DNA of 64,000 nucleotides from Octopus vulgaris (GCA_951406725.2 OX597837.1:32240001-32304000), one strand, 5' to 3'. Shown: positions 1 through 16,119, counted from the stretch's first letter. Program-made: numbers and translations. The notes: a model not told the origin generated them from the sequence alone.

Positions 1-389
1 CAATGATTTTTTTTTTCTTTTTTTTTTTTTTTTTTACATATTTGACATAAAAATTTAAGTGGGTACATGTTTTTATCTTTATTTCTTAATTGCTGACTTC
101 GAAGTGGAACAAGTTAGGGGTCTTAGAGACCAACGACAGGAAGGGAGAAAGTTATCCTTAAATTGCTAACCTTGTCAGAATGCTTTCCAAGGAATAAACT
201 CTGCTAAATGTACCTAAGGGCCAGGTGATGATTGATGCTAAAGAGGGGCAAGAAATTATACAGGGATTTTGGGGCTAAATTTGACAGTTTGCATAAAAGG
301 AAATGGAAATGCAATATCCCAACCAAAAATAAAAGTATTTTCAGAAAAATCATAAAATATCAATTAGATTATGGCTGGGAAATAATTGT

Positions 390-700
390 TTACTCAAAGT
401 GGCCACCCTAGGCTTCCTCAAGACGGCTTTGGAACCTGGTGCATGTGTTCCTCACTGTATCCCTGGGGAAATCTTCGAATGCTTCCTTCAGCTTGACCAC
501 CAGTTCGGCCCTGGTTTTGTAGGCAGAGCAGTTGGTGTCTTTCTCAGCTGTGCCCCATTCCTTAGTAATCCAAGGGGTTACAATCGGGATAATCAGAAAG
601 CCAGAAATTGGGGCTGGGGAACTTGTAGAAATTCTCCGGCAACCATTTCTGATTCTTCTGATTCCACACATATGGCCTTCCAGCAGCTTCACATAGTCCT
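390..700 (-). mobile_element. Decayed Tc1/mariner (maT/DD37D-like) transposase, C-terminal fragment
   Basis: Frameshifted frames give QKWLPENFYKFPSPNFWLSDYPDCNPLDY and WGTAEKDTN...TCTRFQSRLE, ending GGHFE*. Matches the (S)PDCNPLDY catalytic motif. Confidence 0.8.
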
Positions 701-707
701 GTGTGTG

Positions 708-751
<44 letters not shown>

Positions 752-847
752 CATATGTTTCTGTATATATGTATATATATATATATATGTATGTATGTGT
801 GTGGCCGTGTGTTAAGTAAGTTCATCTTGGGTGTATATATATATACA

Positions 848-1143
848 TGGAAGCACATGGCCTTGTGGTTAGAGCAGCAGCATCACAGTCGAGGGATCGT
901 GGGTTCGAATCTCAGACCGGGCGATGTGTGTGTTTATGAGCAAAACACCTAAGCTTTGGCAGAAGGTAATGGCGAAACTTCTGCTGACTCATTCGCCACA
1001 ACTTTTTCTCACACTTTCCTCCTGCATCTTGCAGCTCACCTGCGACGGACCGGCGTCCCGTCCAGGTGGGGAACCTATATGCCAAGGAAACCGGGAAACC
1101 AGCCCTAATAAACCAGTTATAGCTCAAGAAGGAACAAACAACA
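848..1143 (+). mobile_element. tRNA-derived SINE (family C-like head and body, tail ii)
   Basis: A box TGGCCTTGTGG, B box GGTTCGAATC. Body cacaactttttctcacact. Tail ctgcgacggaccggcgtcccgtccagg...gaaaccggg is shared with 16440-16600 and 60020-60281. Confidence 0.8.
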
Positions 1144-1144
1144 A

Positions 1145-1178
<34 letters not shown>

Positions 1179-1364
1179 ATGTTTGCATGTATGTATACTT
1201 CTGTTGAACATGAACACAAACTCACACATGGGTGTACACAAACACACACACACACACACACGCATGTAAAGAAAGAGAAATTAGGATTCCGGTAATTTCT
1301 CAATTTTCAGTCACACGACTAAAAGCACACCCAATGAAAGGAATATATACAAATATACACATGC

Positions 1365-1596
1365 CCATATATACATATAAGTGTATATATATATATATAT
1401 ATATATGTGTGTAGATATATGAATACATACATATATATATATATACATATATATGTATATACATATATATATGTATTTATATATGTATGTATATATACAT
1501 ATATACGTATATACATATATATATATGTATTTATATATGTATGTATATACATATATATGTATATATATATATATATATACATATATTTTGTATATA

Positions 1597-1661
<65 letters not shown>

Positions 1662-1772
1662 CTATATATATGTATATATATATACATATATATGTATATA
1701 TATATATATGTATTTATATATATATATATATATATATGTATATACATATATATATATATATGTATATACATA

Positions 1773-1804
<32 letters not shown>

Positions 1805-1905
1805 CACACACACATATATATATATGTATGTATATGTGTGTGTGTATATAGATATATATATATATATATGTATGTATGTATGTATGCATGCATGTTTGTA
1901 TGTAT
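1365..1905. repeat. (TA)n/(TATG)n compound microsatellite
   Basis: Direct sequence. Source of the YI-repeat ORFs. Confidence 0.95.
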
Positions 1906-2701
1906 GGCAGATTATATTTCTTTGCCATCACATGTACTTTGTATGACCATAAAACTGTGACACTTCCTTCATAGGTTTTTCTTTCTTCTTTTTCTGTACA
2001 TAAGTCCTATATTTTTTCATTCTGGAATCTGGTGTGTGTGTGTGTGTGTGTGTATGTGTGTGTTTGTGTGTATGTCTTTATGCACATGCACGTTTTGACA
2101 GTTGTGTGTGTGTGAATTTTATTGTCTGAATAACTATAAATACAGATATATGTACAAGTGTGTGTTTGAGAAGTTAGCTTCAAACCACAAGGTCTTAGGT
2201 TCAATCCCACAGTCTGGCATGTAGAGAAAGTGGCTTCCCCTATAGCCCTGAACCAATTCCATCAAGGTCAACTTTGGTTTTCATCCTTTCAGGGTCAATA
2301 AAATAAGTACCAGTTGATCACTGAAGTCAATGTTACTGATTTAAACTCACCCCAAATTTGCAGGCCTTGTGCCAAAACTTGAAACCAATATTTTTCCATC
2401 TACATTAAGGTGTAGAACTGGCAGAATCGTTAGTGTATCAGTGTTTCTTCCAACTCTTGAAATTTTGCCTTTTATCCTTTCAGAAGAAGTAACAAGCAAG
2501 TACTGAGGTTAAAATAATTGCTTAGCCTCTTCCTACTAAAATTTAATTTAAGAATATCAACGGATTATTTAGTGATGGAAGTGACTACGGAAATTTGATC
2601 CTACAGGAAGTAGAACCATATTAGTTGTAAAATTCAAGTTGACTGAGAGATCAGGTATCAATTAAGCTGTTATGGTGAAATTTGAAGAGTTATCCTGAAA
2701 T

Positions 2702-2747
<46 letters not shown>

Positions 2748-2763
2748 ACACACATACACACAC

Positions 2764-2882
<119 letters not shown>

Positions 2883-2888
2883 TATATA

Positions 2889-4486
<1,598 letters not shown>

Positions 4487-4489
4487 TAT

Positions 4490-6132
<1,643 letters not shown>

Positions 6133-6291
6133 TTGTTCATATATAATCAAATATGTGTTTACAGTAATCCCTCGTCATATCGCGGTTCATCTATCGTGGT
6201 TTATTATTTAAGCCTACATTAATTCCTCCATGATGTTGTTTTGCATTTATAATAAGATAAATATATACAAATTATATACAGTACAGTACTG

Positions 6292-6632
6292 TTTCCCACT
6301 GCATGGCACATTGGAGAAGTGTCTTCTACTATAGCTCTGGGCTGACCAAAGCCTTGTGAGTGGATTTGGTAGACAGAAACTGAAAGAAACCCATCATATA
6401 TACATATATATGTATAAATATATGTGTGTGTATGTGTGTGTGTTTGTGTCTGTGTTTGCCCCCACCACCACTGCTTGACAACCAGTGATGGTGTGCTTAC
6501 GTCCACATAACTTAGTAGTTTGACAACAGATTACAAGGCTTAAAAAAGTCCTGGGGTCGATTAGTTCAACTAAAACCCTTAGAGGCAGTACTCCAGCATG
6601 GCCACAATCAAAGTGACTGAAACAAGTAAAAA
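6292..6632 (+). mobile_element. SINE family A, older 5'-truncated copy
   Basis: gccttgtgagtggatttggtagacagaaactgaaagaa body, internal TA/TG tract, tail cagcatggccacaatcaaagtgactgaaacaagtaaaa. Confidence 0.85.
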
Positions 6633-6678
6633 AAGAAATATATATATATATATATATATCTTTCTCTCCCTCTCTCTC

Positions 6679-6725
<47 letters not shown>

Positions 6726-6742
6726 ATATATATATATGTATA

Positions 6743-8008
6743 TAAGGGCGCAGTGAATAAATTGTCATCTAAATTACGTGAAAATGAAAATAACACTGAC
6801 ATCTAATTTTAACAGATGTATTTACCAAAATTACATGAATATATCTTGAAATACTAAGGAGTAAATTCGCCATTGTCTTCAACCACGGCCTCCAGACGAC
6901 TACGGAATCTCCTGCAACTCTTCCAGATGGTCTCCTTGTTTAAGTTGATGAATGCTGCCATAATCCTTGCATTCAGTGCATCTTTGGTGTTACAAGGAGT
7001 TTTGTTGGTCTCTCACTCAACTGCGCCCCACACATAATAATCAAGGGTTTGCAGTCTAGGCAGTTAGATGTTAGGGGTTATGTGGTCACAGACATTTTCT
7101 GACAGCCATGACTGAGTTCTCCTGCTTGTGTAGAATGGTGCAGAGTCCTGTTGCCTGACACAAAGTCTTCCAGCAGCTACCCTCTTCCCCCAGGGCAGCA
7201 TTACTTCCTTGAGGCACTTGATGTAGGCTCCCATGTCAGGTCCGAGGCTGGGTGGGAAGATGAATGGAGGCATAACATCGCCATCACTATTGATCATTCC
7301 AAACACCATGATGTTGACTGGATGTTTGAATTTTATCCCTTTTGGTACATGTTTTTGGGACAAGGCAAGCCAACAGTTGTTCTGTGTGTTCGCTGTCTGA
7401 TATTGGCAGAAATTTTTCTCATCTGAGAAAAACCAAAGTTTGTTCGGTTGGAGGGGATGCTTGAGTTTGCTCAAAAGCTTCATAACATGATCTTTCCTCT
7501 TGTCCTTGGTTGCTTGGGAAAAAAATTGGCCCTTTCTCATTTTATATGAGGAATACCAAATGTCTTCATACAATACCTGCCTGATAAGAAACTCAGACAC
7601 TCCCATGGACTTGATTGACTTGGAGGGATTGTTGTCAATTATGGCCTGGATCATATCAACAAATCCAGAAGTTCTTTTCTTATGAAAACGATCAGAGTCA
7701 AGCTGTCGTACCTTCATAATCACCATTAGACTCATCCAACACTTTCTGAATCCTCTGCGCTGTCCTCAGATTGACACCCAAACCCTCTGAAATGTTCGTA
7801 TTAGTGCTTCCAGCATGAATGCCAAGCAGTACAGCATGCTGTTTCTATATTTCTGGCAGAGGGAATTGTGTCTTGATGCTGTTGTTTTTTTAACAGATGG
7901 TGCCTAATTGACCCTACTATGCTATGTAGTCAACAAAACCAAAAACAAACACTGAACATGCGTGACACTAAGGAAATAAAGTTGCGACAACTTACCCATC
8001 ACATCCTA
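6743..8008 (-). mobile_element. maT/DD37D-type Tc1/mariner element, near full length, inactive
   Basis: ORF 7064-7735 has WFFSDEKNF and QQDSAP. A frameshifted DCKPLDYYVWGAVE follows (37-residue spacing if a short deletion is restored). Degenerate TIRs at ~6743 and 7981-8008. Confidence 0.88.
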
Positions 8009-8040
8009 TATTTATATATGTATATATGTGTATGTGTGTG

Positions 8041-8105
<65 letters not shown>

Positions 8106-8373
8106 GTGTGTGTGTGTGCGTGTGTATACATGCATCTATATATATATATATATATATTATTAAGGTGGCTAAGTGGAGGCGCAATGGCCCAGTGGTTAGG
8201 GCAGCAGGTGCATGGTCTAAGCCATGTGAGAGCACTTTTCTAATGGCTGACAAGAGAGACAGGCTGTTAGAAAAGTGCTCTCGTGTGGTTAAAAATTGTT
8301 TTGACTCTTATTTTTAGCAATGCTGGTGCTAAATAGCACCCTCCATCACTTTAGTGACAACTGTACTATCTTA

Positions 8374-8416
<43 letters not shown>

Positions 8417-8443
8417 GTAATATAATATGTGACAATTATTCGG

Positions 8444-8518
8444 TTGCCATAATAAAACTCCAAGTTTCAGATGTTGGGGCAGAAGTCTGCTCCAGCATCT
8501 CGTCAGTTATAATGACAA
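8444..8518 (-). ncRNA. Type I hammerhead ribozyme-like motif, canonical CUGACGA core, in a Penelope-like fragment (8415-8620)
   Basis: Minus strand: ttgtcattataa CTGACGA gatgctggagcagacttctgccccaacatc t GAAA cttggag T T ttattatggcaa. 12-bp stem I, long stem II, one extra U before GAAA. Confidence 0.6.
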
Positions 8519-8615
8519 TCAAAAAATACCATTGTCACATATTATATTACAGATAAATTCCTCCATTTATTAATATCGAGGTCTCATTCTTTCTTTTGAT
8601 GTCACACCATTACTA

Positions 8616-8661
<46 letters not shown>

Positions 8662-8789
8662 TCAGCCGAAATTGCGAGGATGATCTGGTTCTTGACTGAA
8701 GATTGAAGGCTTCGAATGTCCCGTCCGTGTTTTTTGTATCGTCTTCTAAATGTTTTGCGTTCTTGTCCCAGTTTGTATTTTGTTTACAC

Positions 8790-8834
<45 letters not shown>

Positions 8835-8875
8835 TACGTTTTGCTTTCTTGTCCCAGTTTGTATTTTTTTTACAC

Positions 8876-8920
<45 letters not shown>

Positions 8921-9249
8921 TACATATATATGTACACATACGCATGTGTGCATGCAGACATGTACACACAAGCACACACTCACACACACGCACAAATAAG
9001 AATGGCCATACTGGATGATGACAGTGCGTAGCACCAAACATACAATCCACTCTGTTTAAGGTGGGATCAAGGTCCTGCAAATAGCTTAGGGTTCAAAGTT
9101 TCACCATTCCTCAATGCTCTATCTAAAAAAACATTTTTTTCTTTGTATGTGTATACTGGAGATGGAAAGATGGATATAACCATGATATCCTGCTGACTTG
9201 ACGTGCTAGCCTTTTATACTGCATTCGTTTGTAAAATATACAATAGTAT

Positions 9250-9892
9250 AGGTGCAGGAGTGGCTGTGTGGTAAGTAGCTTGCTAACCAACCACATGGTT
9301 CTGGGTTCAGTCCCACTGCGTGGCATCTTGGGCAAATGTCTTCTGCTATAGTCCCGGGCTGACCAATGCCTTGTGAGTGGATTTGGTAGACGGAAACTGA
9401 AAGAAGCCTGTCGTATATATGTATATATATATAAGTGTGTGTGTATATGTTTGTGTGTCTGTGTTTTTCCTCCCGACCAATGCCTTGTGAGTGGATTTGG
9501 TAGACGGAAACTGAAAGAAGCCTGTCGTATATATGTATATATATATAAGTGTGTGTGTATATGTTTGTGTGTCTGTGTTTTTCCTCCCGACCAATGCCTT
9601 GTGAGTGGATTTGGTAGACGGAAACTGAAAGAAGCCTGTCGTATATATGTATATATATATAAGTGTGTGTGTGTATATGTTTGTGTGTCTGTGTTTGTCC
9701 CCCTAGCATTGCTTGACAACCGATGCTGGTGTGTTTACGTCCCTGTCACTTAGCGGTTCGGCAAAAGAGACCGATAGAATAAGTACTGGGCTTACAAAAG
9801 AATAAGTCCCGGGGTTGATTTGCTCGACTAAAGGCGGTGCTCCAGCATGGCCGCAGTCAAATGACCGAAACAAGTAAAAGAGTAAAAGAGTA
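9250..9892 (+). mobile_element. SINE family A with a 114-bp internal segment triplicated
   Basis: tRNA-like head (TGGCTGTGTGG / GGTTCAGTCC) and CORE-like ttgggcaa. Repeat units start at 9361, 9475 and 9589. Tail ends in (gtaaaaga)n. Confidence 0.92.
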
Positions 9893-9962
9893 CTATGCAG
9901 TTTATAACATTCACAGCAGTGCAGTCATGTAGAATAATTATTTATTATACACTGACATAAAT

Positions 9963-10368
9963 TAGCTACAATAGTGACAACATTACTTTCTTCCGTCTTC
10001 TTGCTCTGTTAAAATATTTGTGAAGAATTATATTAATGTGTCCCACTGGTTAAATTACTATTTATTTATTTGTGCATCCACCTTCCATGCTGGCATGGGT
10101 TGGACGGTTTGACAGAAGCGAGCCAGGCAGAAGCCTGCACCAGATTTCTATGACTGTTTTGGCAGAATTCTTACAGCCGGATGCCCTTCCTAACACCAAC
10201 CATTCATATATATACATGATGGGCTTCTCTCAGTTTCCATCTACCAAATCTACTCTATGCACAAATAAATAGAATTTTAACCAGTGGGACACATTAATAT
10301 AATTTTTCACAAATATTTTAACAGAGTAAGAATATGGAAGAAATTCGTGTTGTCGCTATCGTAGCTAA
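9963..10368. repeat. Inverted repeat (~115-bp arms) around SINE fragments
   Basis: 9963-10078 is the imperfect reverse complement of 10257-10368. Confidence 0.8.
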
Positions 10369-10416
10369 GAATAGTCTATTCTGCATCACTGCTTGACATC
10401 CTGTTGCTTATTGATC

Positions 10417-10469
<53 letters not shown>

Positions 10470-10492
10470 TATTAGGTATTAGCCTGTGTTTC

Positions 10493-10535
10493 CAAAGCAA
10501 TGAATAGATTTTTACCGAAACCACGGTTCGCTTTG
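10493..10535 (+). ncRNA. Minimal hammerhead-like motif, variant core AUGAAUA (A3-U8), decayed
   Basis: caaagca ATGAATA gatttttacc GAAA ccacgg T T cgctttg. Confidence 0.55.
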
Positions 10536-10760
10536 TTCTCTTACTTTATTATCATCTTATAATCATCTCATAATAATGACTTTTATGACTCTTATTACTA
10601 CCTCAATCCATCTAAATGTATATATTTGTCGTTACCTGTCATAAAAAGCCTTTTTTTATTTGCAATGTGCATTTTTGTAGATTTTTTATATCTTACCCTT
10701 ACATTTCCACGTGTATTTTATATTTTCTTTTTGTAACATATTTCTACTATATATATATAA

Positions 10761-10908
10761 AATAATATGTTACAATTACTCAATAGTCAAGATAAAACTC
10801 TGAGTTTCAGATGCCGAAGTGGAAATCCACAACACCATCTCTTTGGTTATCTGGCAATCTGAAACTCAGAGTTTTATCTTGACTATTGAGTAATTGTAAC
10901 ATATTATT
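10761..10908. repeat. Perfect 52-bp inverted repeat in a second copy of the 8415-8620 hammerhead-bearing element
   Basis: Arms 10761-10812 and 10857-10908. Minus-strand core decayed to CCAAAGA; same gatg...catc t GAAA layout. Confidence 0.85.
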
Positions 10909-10973
10909 CTATAGATAATTTTCCTCTATTTACCTTTCTTTTGTTATCTTACCGTTTTTACCAATATATATAT

Positions 10974-11047
<74 letters not shown>

Positions 11048-11323
11048 ATACATTTATCAATTCGTTAAATATATTCCTATAAAATGAATTGACATATAAC
11101 CATCCTAAAATAAATCCAGTGTATTTAAGAGTTCAATTATTAAACATCATTAAATTCCAGTACACTATAACAATGTAGTTTTTCTAAAGAATTTCTCTTT
11201 TTGTTTATTTTTCTCTCTGTTGTTTCCTCTCCTCTATCTCTTCTTTTTTTCCTCTCTTTCTAAGTCTTATTTTCCTCTCTTTTCTGTTTTCCTCTCTTTT
11301 CTGTTTTCCTCCTTCTGTATTGC

Positions 11324-11660
11324 TTATATCATATCTAAAATTGTAACAGTATTTTGATTTCTATTTTTCTTCTTTTTCTCCAGAGGAAATGGATAATCCA
11401 TCACATTCAAATTAATTAAGTGCATATGCTAATTATGTAATTATATAAGTGATAATGTTTTTACTCCATTGAACCAGCTGTAGAGACTAAGTTTATATCA
11501 TATCTAAAATTGTAATAGTATTTTGGTTTCTATATTTCATCCTTTTCTCTTGAGGAAATGGATAATCCATCATATTCTAATTAATTATTTATGTATGCTA
11601 ATTACCATAATTATATAAATGATGATATTTTTACTCCATTGAACCAGCTGTAGAGACTAA
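11324..11660. repeat. Tandem duplication, ~169-bp unit x2
   Basis: ttatatcatatctaaaattgtaa...ccagctgtagagactaa occurs twice. Confidence 0.9.
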
Positions 11661-11984
11661 TTAAATTATATATTTTATGAAGAAATTTATGTTTTTCCTA
11701 CTTTTTATTATTCCCAATACACATGCACACTCACACACACAGATAGGTATATACATCATCATCCTCATACACATTATCATTTTACTTCCCCTTTCCATAA
11801 AAGCATGGCTAGGCTGGGTTGTTTTTACTCTTCTGGATAGATTGGATGACCACAGCATACTTAAAAATTTTTTTAACAAATTCTTTGTATATTCAATTTT
11901 CCTCTAAGTTCATTTGATGTTGTCATTGGTGTTCACTAGCGTTACAAACCCAGTAAAGCATGTTGGCTTTACTTCACTTCATTT

Positions 11985-12112
11985 TCACTCTTTAAATCTG
12001 CTGCATTGAAGGCTCATATCTCATTCCCATGAAGCATCACACTTCATACACAGGTATCACACAATCTAATTTTTCACTCTGAGGAGAAGGACCTTTGTTG
12101 CCAAAAGAAGCA
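11985..12112 (-). mobile_element. RTE-clade LINE fragment
   Basis: LLATKVLLLRVKIRLCDTCV*SVMLHGNEI* resembles the RTE 'K.RLY.ACV...MLHGSETW' region. Confidence 0.55.
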
Positions 12113-12220
12113 TTGGTACCCAGAATTTTTGTCAACCGCTTCTGAAAGAAACCCTAGAAAGAAGAGAAAAAAAACTGATCCACAACATTTTTTGGTTGTA
12201 CTGTTTATATCTTTAGGTTT

Positions 12221-12900
12221 CATCATCATCATCATCATCATCGTTTAACGTCCGCTTTCCATGCTAGCATGGGTTGGACGGTTCAACTGGGGTCTGGGGA
12301 GCCCGAAGGCTGCACCAGGCCAGTCAGATCTGGCAGTGTTTCTACAGCTGGATGCCCTTCCTAACGCCAACCACTCCGAGAGTGTAGTGGGTGATTTTAT
12401 GTGCCACCGACACAGGTGCCAGACGAGGCTGGCGAACGGCCACGCTCGGATGGTGTTTTTTATGTGCCACCGACACAGGTGCCAGACGAGGCTGGCGAAC
12501 TACCACGCTCGGATGGTGTTTTTTATGTGCCACCGACACAGGTGCCAGACGAGGCTGGCAGACGGCCACGCTCGGATGGTGTTTTTTATGTGCCACCGAC
12601 ACAGGTGCCAGACGAGGCTGGCGAACTACCACGCTCGGATGGTGTTTTTTATGTGCCACCGACACAGGTGCCAGACGAGGCTGGCAGACGGCCATGATCG
12701 GATGGTGTCTTTTATGTGCCACCGACACAGGTGCCAGATGAGGCTGGCGAACGGCCACGATCGGATGGTGTTTGTTATGTGCCCACAGCACGGAGGCCAG
12801 TCGATGCGGTACTGGCTACGGCCACGTTCGGATGGTTTTCTTGTGTGCCACCGGCACTGGTACCACAAGGATACAAATTCCATTGATGTTCATCTATTTT
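12221..12900 (-). mobile_element. SINE family E ((GAT)n-tailed) with an internal 63-bp minisatellite (~7 units)
   Basis: Tail ggttggcgttaggaagggcatccagctgtagaaa...ccaacccatgctagcatggaaagcggacgttaaacgatgatg. 63-bp units over 12395-12855. Relatives at 10078, 30325, 33470, 59200, 62370 and 62700. Confidence 0.8.
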
Positions 12901-13164
12901 GATTTGGTTTGATTTGATTTGATTTGATTTTGTTATGTATAATTTGTAGTTTGTATAGGAGCAAAGTGTTTTTTTTAACCCTTCAACATTCACACCAGCA
13001 ATATATGGTCAAAATATTCAACCTGTTTCATTTTTGGATTTTGTTTACAAGATTCTTTATGTGAGTTTGTGTGTTGAAGCATATTTTATTGTGTCTGGGG
13101 GAAAGTCATTCTCTTTTAATACCTTATTATTTAACACACTCACCAGTAAAGTTTCCACTCATTT

Positions 13165-13384
13165 ACTTACTCTTTACTCTTTACTCTTTTACTTGTTTCA
13201 GTCATTTGATTGCAGCCATGCTGGAGCACCGCCTTTAGTCGAGCAAATCGACCCTGGGACTTATTCTTTGTAAGCCCAGTACTTATTCTATCGGTCTCTT
13301 TTGCGTAACCGCTAAGTGACGGGGACGTAAACACACCAGCATCGGTTGTCAAGCAATGCTAGGGGGACAAACACAGACACACAA

Positions 13385-13417
<33 letters not shown>

Positions 13418-13518
13418 CATATATACGACAGGCTTCTTTCAGTTTCCGTCTTCCAAATCCACTCACAAGGCATTGGTCGGCCCGGGGCTATAGCAGAAGA
13501 CACTTGCCCAAAATGCCT
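13165..13518 (-). mobile_element. SINE family A, head lost in a local rearrangement
   Basis: Near-identical to other family A copies. Breaks after ttgcccaaaatgcc. Confidence 0.9.
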
Positions 13519-14214
13519 TTCCTAAATTTGCAAGTAAAAGTGACTGATAGAATAAGTACTAGGCTTACAAAGAAAAAGTCCTAGGGTCGATTTGTTCGAC
13601 TAAAAGCGGTGTTCCAGCATGGCCGCAGTCAAATGACTGAAACAAGTAAAAGAGTATATATATGTGTGTGTTTGCGTGTGTGTATGTGTGTGTGTGTATC
13701 TGTCTGTTTGTGTGAGTGTGTATATATATATGTATACACATACACACACACACAACACACACACACACGCACAAATGTTTGTCAAGGCTACACCCAGAAT
13801 AGAACCTAACTTGCAAATTTAGAAAAGGCATCTTGGGCAAGTGTCTTCTGCTATAGCCCCAGGCCGACCAATGCCTTGAAATATGATTATGTCATCGCTG
13901 AAGCTTTTTATGCCCAGGTTTTTTCATTTCTGTTACTTTGAAGTCTGTTCCTGAATTTGTTCTAGTACATGGGGCCATGGGGAAGACCCCTATTAGCATC
14001 ATTGCTGAAGATAGTTTCAAACTTTTCTTCAGGCTCCTTTATTTATTCTAATTTAATCTCATTAGTTTTTATTCTGAGAATTGCATGTGTTGAAAGAAAT
14101 CCTGAAAATGCTTTCTTCTTCCACATGTAAGCCCACACACACACACATTTGTGCGTGTGTGTGTGTATGTGTATACATATATATATATACACACTCACAC
14201 AAACAGACAGACAG

Positions 14215-14258
<44 letters not shown>

Positions 14259-14489
14259 ACATATATATATATTATTTTACTCTTTTACTTGTTTCAGTCA
14301 TTTGACTGTGGCCATGCTGGAACACCGCTTTTAGTCGAACAAATCGACCCTAGGACTTTTTCTTTGTAAGCCTAGTACTTATTCTATCAGTCACTTTTAC
14401 CAAACCACTAAGTTACAGGGATGTAAACACACCAACATCGGTTGTCAAGCAATGGTGGTGGGGACAAACACAGACACATACACAAATAT

Positions 14490-14535
<46 letters not shown>

Positions 14536-14654
14536 GTATGCATGTATGTATGTTTATATAAATATATATATATATACATGGGATGGTTTTTGGTAAGCAG
14601 TGTCAATTTTGACAATTCTGTAAATAATAATAATAATAATATTTTATAAGCTTA

Positions 14655-14841
14655 AGCTTATAAGTGATCACTATACAATGACTAAAGAAAATAGCCTAAT
14701 GTTGGAGCATATAAGCCCTCAACGGGAAAAAGTAGGGTTGTGGTATGCATATCAGAACCCTACTTCCTTCCATCAAGGGCTTATACACCCCAATATTAGA
14801 CCATTTTCTTTAGTCATTGCATGGTGATCACCTAATAGCTA
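14655..14841. mobile_element. Foldback/MITE-like palindrome (~85-bp arms)
   Basis: gtgatcactatacaatgactaaagaaaat... is inverted as ...attttctttagtcattgcatggtgatcac. Confidence 0.7.
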
Positions 14842-15024
14842 TATATATATACATATATACATACATACTTACTCACATATAAGTATAGTATATATATATA
14901 TATATATATATCATCATCATCATCATCATCGTTTAGCGTCCGTTTTCCATGCTATATATATATATATACATATACATACATACATACATACATATATATA
15001 TGTATGTACATATATATATATGTG

Positions 15025-15111
<87 letters not shown>

Positions 15112-15681
15112 TGTATGTTCTTGTGTTTGCATATGTTTTTAGAGATTTTTCATGCGTAAAAAACTGAAGTGCAAAAATTCATCTGCACGTATAATGCATC
15201 TGTCCATGTGTATTTGTGCATATGTGCACAGGCATATGCATGAATGCACACGTGCTTTTTGCAGGGGCGTAACAAGAAATGAACAACTAGAGGAAGCTGC
15301 CCCAAGGCACATGCATGGAAAGGCATACTATTTCCTCTGGCTTATCATGCCTGTTAGATAAGGAGTGGGGGTCACTAGGATTGTATTTTCCCTCCAGCAC
15401 TGAGAACTCTTGCTGTGCCACTAGTGTCTTGTATATTGGGTTCCATTTCTAATTGTGATGATTTGACAATTTTATTTTGTAAACTAATAAGAATATAGTA
15501 TACAGACTTCCTTATCCATACTCTCTCTATCTCTTTCTCTTCCTTCCTCTTCTCTTCTTCTCTCTCTTTCTTCCTCTCTCTCTCTCTCTCACTTATACAT
15601 ACCCACCCAGCACACTTCATCGTTTATTCACACCAGTGTATGCACATGTGTGAGGGTGTATGTTTATATAAATATATATAT

Positions 15682-15682
15682 T

Positions 15683-15769
<87 letters not shown>

Positions 15770-15818
15770 GTAGGTAGGTAGGTAGGTAGGTAGGTAGGTA
15801 GGTATGTAGGTAGGTAAG

Positions 15819-15861
<43 letters not shown>

Positions 15862-15901
15862 GTAGGTAGGTAGGTAGGTAGGTAGGTAGGTAGGTAGGTA
15901 G

Positions 15902-15965
<64 letters not shown>

Positions 15966-16036
15966 GTAGGTAAATAGGTAGGTAGGTAGGTAGGTAGATA
16001 TGTAACTAGATAGATAGATAGAGCGATAGATAGATG

Positions 16037-16119
<83 letters not shown>

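Noticed and set aside
2662-2694. Terminal exon [10 protein letters not shown] after a tttcag acceptor
   Set aside because: Too short, and the acceptor context is microsatellite. No independent support.
8660-8735. CTGAAGA and CGAAA words as a hammerhead (also 42085-42122, minus strand)
   Set aside because: The motifs are in the wrong order or lack flanking stems. Possibly truncated PLE fragments.
12120-12153. Exon after a strong minus-strand polypyrimidine acceptor
   Set aside because: No convincing donor, and it runs into an RTE fragment.
12395-12855. CRISPR-like regular array
   Set aside because: Whole 63-bp units repeat with no unique spacers and no cas genes, in a eukaryotic SINE context. 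The same applies to 59378-59660.
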